Assembly (NCBI GenBank): GCA_026023565.1 | Contig: JAPETS010000003.1 | Location: forward strand, 620,001 to 684,000 | Source of the DNA: Cirrosporium novae-zelandiae | Taxonomy: Eukaryota | Direction: 5' to 3' | Length of the DNA: 64,000 nt | Shown: one piece after another, positions 1-12,101 of the stretch | Position numbering within the stretch: the stretch's first letter is position 1 | Layout of the letters: each line of letters begins with the position of its first letter | Made by a program: the position numbers and the translations under genes | Notes under the pieces: model-generated | Told to the model about the DNA's origin: nothing | Databases searched by the model: none | The model's input: only the letters and a program-made list of their open reading frames with translations

Positions 1-1640
1 CCGACAACGGTCGAAGGAAGATAAATCAAGGTAATTATCGTCAGAACCTTGACCGCCGATGCATCCCTTGTCGACTTTTCGGCAAGCTGGCGCATAGCAG
101 TGTTCTCACTCCGGGACTCCTCGCCAAGAATCTTCAGAGCATTTCCACTCTGATAATCTAAAAGGGTGGATAACTAAGTATGGTCTGATGAGGGTCTACT
201 CTTGTGATGAAGAGGATAAAATTTATGAGAACTCACGAGCTTCATAGTTCCCCGGGATTTGGATAGAAGTGCGTCGGCTCTCTTGTGAGCATAGCTGACC
301 TCTTGCGCCTTCTCACGAAAAACAGCAACGATGGTATCGCATTTACGCGAATTGATTCCTGTGGAATGATTTATCAAGCTTTCGTTGATCTGCTGGTATC
401 TCTCGGAAAGAATAGAAATCGTCTCCGCCGAAGATTCAAGTACCAAAAGCATGTCAATCAGCCGGTCTTCAATTTTTGCGAGCTTCAGTCGGTCATCAAA
501 ACAAATGGTTTCTGATGCTGAGTCTTCTGACGAAACAACCAAGACCCGGTTGGACTAGGATGAGCATACTATTAGTTCGTAAGTCGCTTGTTGGAACTTG
601 GCTAAAATACTTGCCAGATCTGTGATTCTCTTCGTCAAGTCGACCATGTAAGGCCTCCAATTAGTGAGAGCCATATCCAAAAATAGCAAATGGATCTCGA
701 ATGGATTGGACAGTGCAGGAGTGATAAACTGTCGAGTATATCGATCAAGCACAGCTCGAACTTGTTTGGAAGCATCAACAAGAATCCAGGTCGAACAGGC
801 ATTTTTACCTGGAGGCTTGTACCGATTATAGATTACTGTTTGTTGCAGGTCCCAAGGCTCTTTACCCGGTCGATTGGTAAACTCGACGAAACGCAACACA
901 TATGCACATTCTATTACAGTTAGACAGGAAGGAGAAATGGCAAAAGAACGCGGATAAAAACACACCGAACCCACGAAACGTCCCATTCTCATTCTCAAGG
1001 GACCTATATTTAAGGAGGGGTGGTCCTATCTCATCTTCACTAAATTTTACTCCGAGGTAACATATACACTCATTAAATCGAGGGAAAACATGGCACGCTT
1101 TAAGCAAGGCATCATAAAGATCTTTCGTCACCTGCAAACGGCTATATGCATGCTTTTGTGGGAGGAAACTGAATGCAAGAATAAGTTGGTGAAGATTTTA
1201 TTGCATCTCTAAGAACCATACAATATGCGAAAATTGGGTTTCGTTTTCTGGAATAAATATTAGCCAGTTGATTTTTCATCATTAACAAAGTCGAAATTAG
1301 GCTCTACCCTTGCCAGCTTTTCCAAGTCGCCTGCATTGGATACATGATACGGAGATAAAGACGGCTCCCCAACGTGAGCTGGGGAATTTTCATGTCCTGG
1401 ATGATCCTGGCCATTAATTGACTTAGGGTCCGTGCTGTCATCTGAATCTTCGTCGCCTCTATGGATTTCCGGCGGAGTCCTTTCATATGCGCTTGTAACT
1501 CGATTGCTAGCCAACACTTCAATCGATGAGTTTTCCTGACTTTTTTCAAATAGCTTGGACGATCGTTGAAAGAAGACTTTCGCTGCCGCTGGATTTTGAT
1601 CGTAGGTGAAGCTCCGATGGAAATAGGAGGAATTTTGCAT
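1..1640 (-). CDS. Fungal CorA-like transporter-domain protein, multi-exon; 3' end runs off the window
   Basis: ORF pieces 1260-1640, 862-1137, 555-998 and 174-542 join via GT..AG introns. They give ...FLPQKHAYSRLQVTKDLY..., ECAYVLRFVEFTNRPGKEPWDLQQTVIYNRY, NPFEIHLLFLDMALTNWRPY and, near position 1, EKSTRDASAVKVLTIITLIYLPSTVV, the typical CorA-like first TM helix. The start codon is uncertain. Confidence 0.7.
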
Positions 1641-2931
1641 GATTAAATCTCTTTGCTTTCATGAAACGCCGACCCCTGTCGTAATTAATATATATTCTAT
1701 TGGCATACTCAATGGTTATAAGACAATTTGGTTCGATAAAAAAAATCTTATGGAACGTCCTAGAGGGAGCTGAGGACTTTGCCTCGTACGAAGCCATGAG
1801 GCTCTATCAAGGCGACACATCGTTAGCAAACAAATTCATAGATTGATTGGCGAGGATAGTCCACCTGGGCGGCTAATAAAGCCTTCGAGATGTACACTGA
1901 TAGCAATACCTAAATAGCACAAATTTCATTAACATTGATGATGGTGTTTAATAAACGATTAATGATCGATACATAGCCAGTTCGAAACTACACAAATTAT
2001 CAAGCCCATGTGTTCACAGGCAAAAGACAAAAGCAAAAAAACAAGACATGGTAATTTCAATAGCACGAAAGCAACATTTATTTCATTGAAGCATCACAAC
2101 CGGTTTTCTATAGTTAATATTTTGTTGGTTAAATACTATCTATCTAATCCAAAGAATTGGTGGAGGTTGGTTTTAGGCCCCTTGGTTGGGGTTTTTGGGC
2201 ATCAGAGGGGAAGCTTAAATTGCCCTTTCATCTCCTCACCGTGCCAAGTTGATATCTAATGACATGTAAGCTCTAATTAACCCTAAGCGCTTAGCTTTGT
2301 TGGTCGGCGATGACAGTGATGTTATTTTTACGGATAGTAGAAGAGCTATGTGCCATAGCCTGCAATTGTGGAATACGGTTCATTTTGCCAAGATGCCAGA
2401 GTAATTAAAAACACTATGTTTCACAAGGACTGTTTGAAGATGCTTCATAAACACTTGTTTCTTGCCAATGATTGGTTATAGCTGGGTCAACCTTCCGAGA
2501 ACTTCAAGAACCCTTCAGTTTTACCTTTCTCTCCTGCATCTCCACCAACCCTCCTTGAATGGTTGGTTGACTGGCTGAAATATTTAATGCCCCGTGAATT
2601 AAAGGAAGAGGGGGAAATGTTTGTGAAGGATTGAGTTACGGGTCATCAATAGGAAGTACTTGAGTCCACCATGTCTCGAGGCTGTGCGACTATCACTGAG
2701 CGAAGGATCATCAATAGAAATATCAGTGGGCCCTAAATTTCCAACTCTGACATTTTCCATTTTCTATTTACTTGCCTTTATTTTCTATTGTCTTCTTCTG
2801 TCTTCACTAATTGAGGTCTTGTTTAAATAGCCAACCTCACCTACTTTCTTTCAACATTTTTCTATCCTTCTGCATCTTTGTCTCTCTAACTTTTGCACAA
2901 CAAGTGACAAGCAATCTCACCTCTAAAAATT

Positions 2932-3658
2932 ATGCAGTTCTCAACTGTTGCTCTGGGTCTTGTTGCCCTCTCAGGCTTCTCATTCGCCTTCCCTTCTGCT
3001 CGCACCAATGCGGTTACCACGGCCCAGATCCTCCTAATTGCCAACACCTCGTCCACCTGCAGTGGAGCCACCTACGCTGATGAATGTGCCACCGCTGATG
3101 TCGCAGCAAAGAACATCAATACAGGCTTTACAAAGTATGGTGTCGAGACATGTGGAGAAAAGGCAGCCTTGATCAGCTTGATGGCGTATGAGACGGCTGA
3201 GTTCAAGTACAACAAGAATCATTATCCTGCCCCTGGGAGGCCAGGACAAGGAAGTAAGTAACCCCACTTGTGATAATAGATCGTACGTTAGTTTTTTTAT
3301 TCAGAGGACTAACTTTCATAACTTAGCGCGCAACATGCAAATGGCGAAATTCAACCTTCTCTATGCTTCCTCAATCTCCGAACTTACTACTTCGGTCAAG
3401 TCAATTACCAACGGAGAAACAAACTCTTCCTCTTTGACAGACGATCAGCTCAACCAAGTTCGCGCTCTAGTACTTGACCATCCCTACGACTTCAGCTCCG
3501 CAGCATGGTACCTCACCACTCAGTGCGATCAAAGCATCAGGAACGGATTGGCAGCAAAAACAGTGGATGGATGGACAGCGTACATAACTGATTGTGTGGG
3601 AACTACAGTCGATACCTCAAGGCAAGAGTATTGGGAAAAGGCGCTAAAGGCAATTTGA
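2932..3658 (+). CDS. Conserved secreted fungal protein, possible lysozyme/GH19-like fold; exons 2932-3253, 3327-3658
   Basis: Signal peptide MQFSTVALGLVALSGFSFA. Intron 3254-3326 (GTAAGT..ACTAAC..TTAG) restores the motif ISLMAYETAEFKYNKNHYPAPGRPGQG-TRNMQ. C-terminal SAAWYLTTQC..W.AYITDCVGT. Confidence 0.85.
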
Positions 3659-4181
3659 GACTATGCATTTTAGGTTAGCATTCAAGGGAGTTTGGGTATA
3701 AGTTGCATCATGGATGGATCTTTGACTGCGTGCAGGACACGTAGGATATGTAGATAACAGTTGATGAGGTTGAGGTCTCCAATGGCCTGGAATGATATTG
3801 GTCTATCTCACAATTCGACTCTAAAATTAAGGTGTCTCCGTAATTTCCCCGCTAATTGAGCCCCGACAATTCTTAAAAACCACCCCACTTTGATTGAGTA
3901 CCTATCTGGCAATTATAACATTCATTCAAGCCGACATTCTAAACGAACTCTGGAGGCACAGTTACATAACTGTCTACTGTGTACGTAATTAATCAACCAT
4001 TAACGTAAGCCTCAATGTTAAGCTAAGCATCAATCCCCGAGACCGCTAGGAAGCTTATTTGCCTTTCTCAGAGCTTACGTTCTGCACTTGACACCAATCC
4101 CAATTGAAGACATTTCTACAAAGTACATAGAAAGGAAGCAGGCGACGTAACCCAATTCAACTACGTCTCCCTACTTTCACG

Positions 4182-5152
4182 ATGACATCCCCAAATTTCT
4201 ACGTACGTTTCTCCCCCCCCCCCCCAACACACTACCCCAAACTAACACCACCTCACAGATCCAATCCTCCACAGCCACCTCTTCCACCAGCTCTCTCTCC
4301 TCGGACCTCCCCTTCCCAGCTCCCCTCTCACGCTCAGCCTTCCAAAACCCCGACTTCACTCCAACCTCCTTCCTCAGCACGCTCTCGCATCGGCACCAGT
4401 CCCTCGGTGATCTTCGTACCGACCTCCTCACACTACTTCAAAGCCTGCAAACCGAACTACGGGATCTCTTAAACGAGAATTATGTTGGGTTTTTGAAGCT
4501 AGGGGAAGAGTTGAGGGGGGGAGAAGATCTGGTTGAAGGAATTCGGGTGGGGGTTTTGGGCGTGAGGGGACGGGTGGAGGGGGTTAGGGATGTAGTTGAG
4601 AAGAGGAGGGAGGAGGTTAAGGGTTTAGTAGAGGAGAGGAAATCTATTCGAAACGATATCCAAGTTGGGAGGGGCCTAGTAGAAGTCGAGGGTAGAGTAA
4701 GCAGACTGGAGAGAGCAGTCATGGTCGCCGGAACCCAACCCAATACACCGAAAGAAGACCCTGAAAGCGATGGAGATTCCTCTTCCACCACCACCACCAC
4801 CTCCGATTTCAACGACGAAGAATCCTCCTCCTCAGACACCGAAACAACATCCGATTCCCCTACCGCCCTCATCTCCACATCCCTCCTCCGCCGCCACATC
4901 CACTCCTACCTCCTAATCCAACAATTGATTTCTCGTCTACCGCCCTCCCACCCCTTCATCACCAAATCCATTTCCCCCCGCCTCAAAAAAATAAGAGATG
5001 CGCTATTATTGGATCTCGGGACCGCGCTCAGACAGGCTAGGAACTTGCCACAGGAAAGGGGGAGCAGGAGGGTCGTGAGGGTCTTGGGTTTGTATGGGGA
5101 GATGGGGGAGGAAGGGGAGGGGGTTAGAGAGGTTGGGAGGATTGAAGAATGA
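4182..5152 (+). CDS. COG2: Conserved oligomeric Golgi complex subunit 2 (short fungal COG2); exons 4182-4202, 4259-5152
   Basis: Intron 4203-4258 (GTACGT..ACTAAC..CAG). The spliced product contains LPFPAPLSRSAFQNPDFTPTSFLSTLSHRHQSLGDLRTDL...LLNENYVGFLKLGEELRGGEDLVEGIRVGVLG, the COG2 N-terminal domain. Confidence 0.8.
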
Positions 5153-5552
5153 TTGGGATTGTTATGATATATCAATTGGGGGGGGGTTTTAAAAAAAAGA
5201 GAAGATATTGGTTGAGTTAAGGAGGACTAAATACCAATTACCTAACTAACCACCCACCTTATCTCCCCACCACAAAAATGAACTACCAACAGCCAAGCCA
5301 AGCCAACCATTCATACCATCTACTCGCCTATATACCAAAAGCCCAAAGGCTAGCAAACCATGACACTCCATAATTTTACGATTCGGGAATTAGATAACTT
5401 GAGGATGGTAGCTAGACCATATTTTTCATGTCATTGGTGGTGTGGGGAGGGGGGGGGGGTGGAATGAAGTTATGATAAATACTGGGTGGTAATTGATTGG
5501 AGAGGGATTGAAGTATTTATATACTCGTTCCAAATACATCCCTCAAACAAGT

Positions 5553-5609
5553 TCTTTCTCTTTCTTTCTTTCTCTCTCTCTCTTTCTTTCTCTCTCTCTT
5601 CCTTTCTTC
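5553..5609. repeat. Pyrimidine-rich (TC/TTTC) simple repeat
   Basis: TTCTTTCTCTTTCTTTCTTTCTCTCTCTC... tract between the convergent COG2 and uL1m 3' ends. Confidence 0.7.
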
Positions 5610-5693
5610 TGACGTATATAAAGATTCATCCCATATAGATATAATACAATCAATCAGCAATCCCCCTTCTAACACCACACCCACACAAGCTAG

Positions 5694-6774
5694 CTACAAC
5701 GGCGTACACAAATCCTTCGTAGGCACCGACTCTGCACTCCTAAAATCCCCATTCAGACTAAACCCCGGCGAATTCGTCGAGCTCAGCACAACCTCATGAA
5801 CCTCCTTGCTAGCCCCATCCGGCAAATTCGCCACATCCTGTTTCACCACCTGCATGAAATGCTGCACGTTCCGCATCACCTCCTCGGGGGTGCTGCTCAG
5901 CCTGCCGATGGAAATCCGAATCACGCCCATCCGCTCTCGGTAGCTGCACCCGCCTACCATGTCCCGAACTGCGGTTGCCACGTCCTTGACGATAGTTCCC
6001 ATCTTTGCGTTCGGCATCAGCTTCTTGGGGCCCAGGATCCGTGCGACCCCGCTCTTCTTTAGCTTGTCCTGCGAATCGACGTGGCATACGCACCTGTCGA
6101 AGTCGATTTTGCCGTCTCGGATTTGCTGGAACACTTCCTCTTCGCCGACAAGATGGGCGCCTGCTTTCTTGGCCGCGGTGGCGGCGGAGGAGGTGGGCGC
6201 ACAGATCACGCAGACCTTGTGCGTGGTGGAGACGGGGTTGGGGAGGCGGAGGCGCGATTTTAGTGTCGGGCCGTTTTTTGTGGTGCGGAGTTTTATGGCG
6301 AGGTCGTATTTGGGCGAGGAGGAGGGGCGTCCGACTTCGAAGGAGCGGATGTAGCTGTGGTTGCGGGCGTTAGTGCTAGTTGATTGGGAAGTTGTTTTTT
6401 GTAGGTGGTGGTATGGATTGATGGAGGAGTGGGGAGTGTAGGTTGGGGGGATTGGGTGGATTTTATATTGAAATTTAATAATTTAATTGTGGGAGGTAGT
6501 CATACCGTATGGCATCGCACAGGGCGAATTGCTCCGCGTCTTTCAGGTCATATGTTATGTATGTAGTCCTACCCTTCTTCTTTTTAGGTGCATCTTTATT
6601 TCGTTTATATTTCGTAGTGTTGGTGCCCGCATATCGGACTTGCTGGGAGGAAGAGGCGGGTGCGCGGGGGAGAATAATCCGGGGGCGCAATGACGTGGAG
6701 GGTAGGCGGGCGCTGGAGGGGAGGAGAGATGATGCTATTCTGGGTAGCTTTGTTATGGCTGTTTTGGACGCCAT
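5694..6774 (-). CDS. MRPL1: Mitochondrial large-subunit ribosomal protein uL1m; exons 6774-6506, 6354-5694
   Basis: Arg/Ser-rich targeting peptide. Intron 6505-6355 joins FALCDAIR-YIRSFEVGRP. L1 motifs GAHLVGEEEV, RILGPKKLMPNAKMGTIV and VVLSSTNSPGF. Confidence 0.92.
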
Positions 6775-7057
6775 TGTGTGTATTTGGAGGGGAGAGGAGG
6801 AGGGGGGAATAATGAATTAGAGGAAACAGCTGTCGCTGGTGGAAGGGTTTGGAAGCTGGGGAATTTGTTTTCTGGAGATCGGCGCTAGGTTGTTTTTGGG
6901 GCGTTCCCGGACTTTGGTTTTCAGACCTTTTTTTGACGGAAGCCTTTCAATTGAATATTCCCCATCCATAATTTTCCTCTCCACTCTAGTATTTCAATGA
7001 CATTGAGTGCTGCTGCGCTCTGCTGTTAATATGTCGCCCGCATCTACATCGTCAAAT

Positions 7058-7792
7058 ATGATTGTGAAAACTATCCGCCGCTCCCTCGTCGACTTCTGGT
7101 GTCCGCATCCGCGGACCACGATAACATCTCCACCGGCCTTCCTCCTCCCATTTCGGGCTCACATGTCCAGTATAAGCACATCCGATCCATCAGCCACTGA
7201 ATCGAACCTCTCTCCACCACCACCACCACCTCCTCCCTCCCAGGCCCCCGTTGCCGCCGCCACGACATCGACAACATCTCCAACCCCACCAACAACAACT
7301 AAATACATAGCCACGCCCACCCCCCCTCCAACACCCACAGAACCCCTCCACATCCCCCCAACCCTCCCCCTCCTCCTCGCCCAACCAGCCCCATACTACG
7401 CCACCATCCACATCCACGAGCGGCCCTTCCTGCTCACCCCAGGCGACACCCTGCGCCTCCCCTTCCTCCTCAAGCACGTCCTTCCCGGAGACATCCTCCG
7501 GCTAAACCGCGCCACCACTCTCGGATCCAGAGACTACACCTTGAAAGGCCACCCCTACGTCGATGATAGGCTGTTCGAATGTAGAGCAAGGGTTTTGGGC
7601 ACCGAGAGCGAACCGATGCGCATGAAGGAGAAGACGAAGAGAAGGCAGAGGAGGGTTAAGACTGTTAAGAGTAAACATAAGTATACTATTTTGAGGGTTA
7701 TGGGAATTAGGATTAAGGGGATGGAGGAGCTTGAGGCCGAGGGGGGGACGGGAGTGAACATGGAGATGGAGACGGAGACGCCGCAGGCTTGA
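7058..7792 (+). CDS. MRPL49: Mitochondrial large-subunit ribosomal protein bL21m (alternative ATG at 7031)
   Basis: L21 domain YATIHIHERPFLLTPGDTLRLPF..GDILRLNRATTLGSRDYTLKGHPY..KTKRRQRRVKTVKSKHKYTILRV after a targeting peptide and a Pro/Thr-rich linker. Confidence 0.88.
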   Translation: MIVKTIRRSLVDFWCPHPRTTITSPPAFLLPFRAHMSSISTSDPSATESNLSPPPPPPPPSQAPVAAATTSTTSPTPPTTTKYIATPTPPPTPTEPLHIPPTLPLLLAQPAPYYATIHIHERPFLLTPGDTLRLPFLLKHVLPGDILRLNRATTLGSRDYTLKGHPYVDDRLFECRARVLGTESEPMRMKEKTKRRQRRVKTVKSKHKYTILRVMGIRIKGMEELEAEGGTGVNMEMETETPQA

Positions 7793-8787
7793 AGTGTTAT
7801 CAATGTGTTGTTAAATGGAAAAGAAAATTAAAATCGCTGGTGGGAGGGGGGGGGGGCAATTCTAGAGTGCCTTGCACATTTGTGCCCTTAAAGTAACAGA
7901 GGGAACAAACTGCACATTGAACATCAACGCCGAACCCTGGATGGACAGACTCAAAAGCACAAGGCCTCAAAAATATCATTATAGCATTGTGACCTTGAGA
8001 GGAGGGAGCTCTCAGAGAATCTTGTATAGCTATTACAATCATACAATAAAAAAGAACCGTGATAATCGGTTGTACTATACATGTACAATAAAACCACTCC
8101 CGCAAACTTTTTTTTTCTCATGCTGAGATATATATATATATATCCCCTAGAATCTATTTTATTTTATTATTCGTTACATGGCCCGGGTGTTATGTATATA
8201 TATTGGGGGTTGATAAGGATAGGTAGGTAGGTAAGTGTAGTAAGGTATGATGGTGATGGTGATTGGGGGGGTAGTGCACATGTACAAGGTGATGGATAGC
8301 TATGTAATTACATGTATTTTTTTGGTGAAGTGGTATAAAATTGTCGTGGTCCTATTCACTGTACTAGCCCAGGTTCTAAGATCAGCTTATCTTTTTGGTA
8401 GGACTACTCTTGTCGGAAATAATGCTAATATCGGTTGAATTGGGATATCCAGCTTTTTAAAATTCGATGGATTATACATCCTGCTTAGAAACTACTAGAT
8501 TTATACGAGAAGCTGGATTACAGACGTTGAGTTGTTTGTACTATATATGAAATTATTGAATCATACACACAAGGATTGTTTTTTATAAATGGGACCATTC
8601 AATTTATTCAAATGACTTTTTGTTCTATTCATTATCATTGCTTGGGGCATCGTACTCATGGATTCGTTCTTATCTATTTTCCGTCTCAGAGTGACAGTCC
8701 ATATTTTCGCCTCACAGCTGCAGGATGTATCCAGGACAAACATGCAGCTCCGGAGAAAAGAAACGATGACATAGCACTCTCAGGCAT

Positions 8788-10975
8788 CTACTTAGACTTT
8801 CCAGTAGGAATGTTGAATAGGACTGCCGGCTTGCCATGCAAGAAAGGTCTATCAACACGATAATATCCCTTCCTCTCAAACTGAATAATATCATTCTCCT
8901 TCAAGTTTGCAACGTTACAATCTGCGAAACCTTCGGTCCTGAATTCCGTCTGGGGGGTCAGGAAATCCTCATAGTTATCATTTTCTTCAAGCTTCTCTTT
9001 GGTGATGAGATAGTCGAAATCGACAAGTTCCACGGGGACGAGCTCTTGGCCTTCCTCAGACAGCCAGGTCAGTTTCTTAGCGGTCTTTTTGACATCACCT
9101 TGGAGGTGGAGCTCAAACTCAAGGCCAGTGACAGTCTTTGAAAGCGGATTGAGGGAATGGGATATTTTGCGCACAAAGGCATTGCCCCAGTTCATGAGGG
9201 TAACTTCCTCATCTTGAGCAAAGCTTTGGGCATCCTCCTGGTCAAGCAAGATATGGGAACTATATACAACCTTCTTGGTGCCGACTGAGGGGTTCTTGGG
9301 ATGGAGCGGCTTATCCTCGGTATAGGGGGCATCCCGAGTGCCCTTCACAACTGCTTTGACGACATTTTCCTTGAAAACGGTAATATGGCGAGGAGCAACA
9401 GGGTCAATATATTTCTTGTTTGTTGCCCAGAAGAGGGTCCAGTCTAGGTTGACAATGTTTCGACTTGGGCCTTGTTTTAGAATAAATTCTCGGAGAGCTG
9501 GAATTGTCATCCCACGACGACGGATGCCCCTGACGGTTGGGAAGCGGGGGTCATCCCAACCCCACACAATACCCGAGTCGACAAACTTTGTAAGCTTGCG
9601 CTTGGATAGCAGAGTTCGGATGAAATTCATCCGAGCAAAGTCCCAGATTTGTACCGGACGTAGGTGTAGCGCCTCCTGCATCCAATCGTATTGAGCATTG
9701 CGGTCCCTGTATTCGTTGGTTCGAAGGGCATGGGTGACTCCTTCAATTGAGTCAACAATGGGCGCACAGAAGTCGTAGGTCGGATAGATCTTCCACTTCT
9801 CTCCGGTACGATGATGAGGCTGAGGATTACATCGGTAGATGACCGGATCTCGCATTGCTTTGTTGGTGTCGTCAATGGAAATCTTAGCACGAATGCACCA
9901 CCTTTTTCCCTCGTCAGACCCTGTCTTCATTTCGTCGAAGCGGGCTAGATTCTCCTCCACTGCGGCATCTCGGTTTTTGCTCGCAATTCCATCCATTCTT
10001 TCTGCTCGCATCGTCTCTTGTTCAGTATCGTCTGCATATGCCTTCCCCTCTTTGATGATTTGCAAGCAGTAGTTGTACATTTCGTCGAAATAGTCACTGC
10101 TGAAGGTTTGTTTGTCTGGTTTGATGCCCATGAGCGCGAGATCTTCTATGATCGCATCTTGGAACTCCATTTTTTCTTTTGTAGGATTTGTGTCATCAAA
10201 ACGACATATGAGAGTACCCTTGTACTTCTCATGGGCAAAGTAATCATTAAGCAACGCTGCTTTTGCATGACCAATGTGAAGATAGCCCGAAGGCTCAGGA
10301 GGAAACCGAGTAATGACTCCCTTGTCGGTATTCATAAGATCAATGTCATAACTTGCTCCCTCCTTACTCTTTGCAGCCCTCTTAGCTTTTGCATGGGCGA
10401 GCATAGATTCAACAGCTGAAGCAATCCATGGGTTGGTTTCCTCAATATAATTAAACCATCTTGCAAGGTTGACAATATGTCCTCTTTTGGCTGAAGCGAA
10501 TCCGACCCGATTGCCACGAATGGCGCCCCATATTGCTAGCTCCGCTACAGACAGCGAATAACCGACCAAATGTGAACGGAGGGTAAGATGGGAATCGAGT
10601 TCAAGAAGGGGGCCTTCGACAGCCTTGAAATCAAGAGGGTGGTACTGGGGTAATCTTGCGACCCATTCATCCTCCTAGTCATTCTATTAGAGTGAAAATT
10701 CACTATGATCAAATCAATTGACTTACGAGATTTGAATCTTTGCCTCGTAGAGATGGAAAAAGTTCTAAAAGTTTTTGGGTGACAGCAACTTCTCCATGAA
10801 TAGAAGATCCATTATCAAATTCGACTGTAGCTCCAGATTCCTTGAATTTGTCCACATCCTCAAAAGAAATGACAACCTCGGCCTTACCAGCGGTTTCATT
10901 GAGGTACGAAGTGATCAAAATCACGGGTAGAATTGTTGCCTGATTCGCCTTTGTGGCGACCTTCAATGTAGCCAT
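8788..10975 (-). CDS. GUS1: Cytoplasmic glutamyl-tRNA synthetase; exons 10975-10727, 10674-8788
   Basis: TRFPPEPSGYLHIGHAKAA (HIGH), RFDDTNP, LLSKRKL (KMSKS-like) and QFERKGYYRVD. GST-like N-terminal domain joined by intron 10726-10675 (GTAAGT..TAG). Confidence 0.96.
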
Positions 10976-12101
10976 CTTGGTTTGAAATATCCTGGACACA
11001 GAATTTCAAATATTTCCAAATATTTACATTGGCGGGGTATTTTATGCCAAGTCGGTTGAGTCATCGCAAGTATTGCAAACTGTGCAAATTGTGCAAACAG
11101 CAAACTAGTTCTCGGAGGAGTCAATTATTCAATCCCACACCAGACCATAGTGACCGCTTCCATCACTCTTCAGGACTAAATGATGACATTTTGGGATGAC
11201 GATAGCATATTTGCATGGAAGAAAAAGATATCGGATGAACCTCCCATTGAGGAAAGTGCTTATTCAAAATCAAAAATATAGACAGAATTGCCTGTGAATC
11301 CATCCACCCGGCGAATATTCTTGTTCTGGCCATGCCTACCCTTATCGAATGAGAGTGAGGATTCCATACGAATACGGTCAAATAAATCTAACTATTCAGG
11401 TAAGTTAGAAAGTGGAGAATAATGGTGGACACTTTCGGCCCGCTCCCGACATTAAACCAAAAATATAGCCGATAACTTGGTAAAGGTAGAGAAAACCCAT
11501 CTCCTCTTCTCAAGTTAACATATGCCGAGGACGGTCTTTTATTGACTCGGTTGGCTGAGGAGCCACGACTAGGGAAGAACTTGGCGTTGACTCAATAATA
11601 GAAGCGTGGTAATATTTTCAGGAATGTGCCTAGAAATGGCTTCAAATATGGCACCGGCGATCATCATCCCCACAATCTCTTCCCCGCAGTCCAGGGCAGT
11701 CTGGACGATTTGGGGGGAATGCGGGGAATAAGCTACTGATTGAAGCTTGTCGAAAATCTCTTTTCGGATTGAACATAACCCGAAAAGCCTGGGCAGATAT
11801 ATGGAGATGGGAAGGAAATCACTGAATCGTCTGATGATGAAAGCTTCGCTTCATTAGGCAACAGGAATCCCGAAAGCCTATCTCTAGTATGGGATAAGAT
11901 GAAAAATATTATGTTTTTCTCCTGAATTCAAGGATAGTGGTAATGGCTCACCGGTTGAATAATGGCCCGGGGTTCAATATCATATACTGTCTATTGACAA
12001 TAGGGGAAAGATGGGGATAATGAGAATATAAGTTAAAGAACTCCACAAGAGCTTAGAGGAATCTCTAGGATTAATACCTTAATAACGTTAGAAAATACAA
12101 G

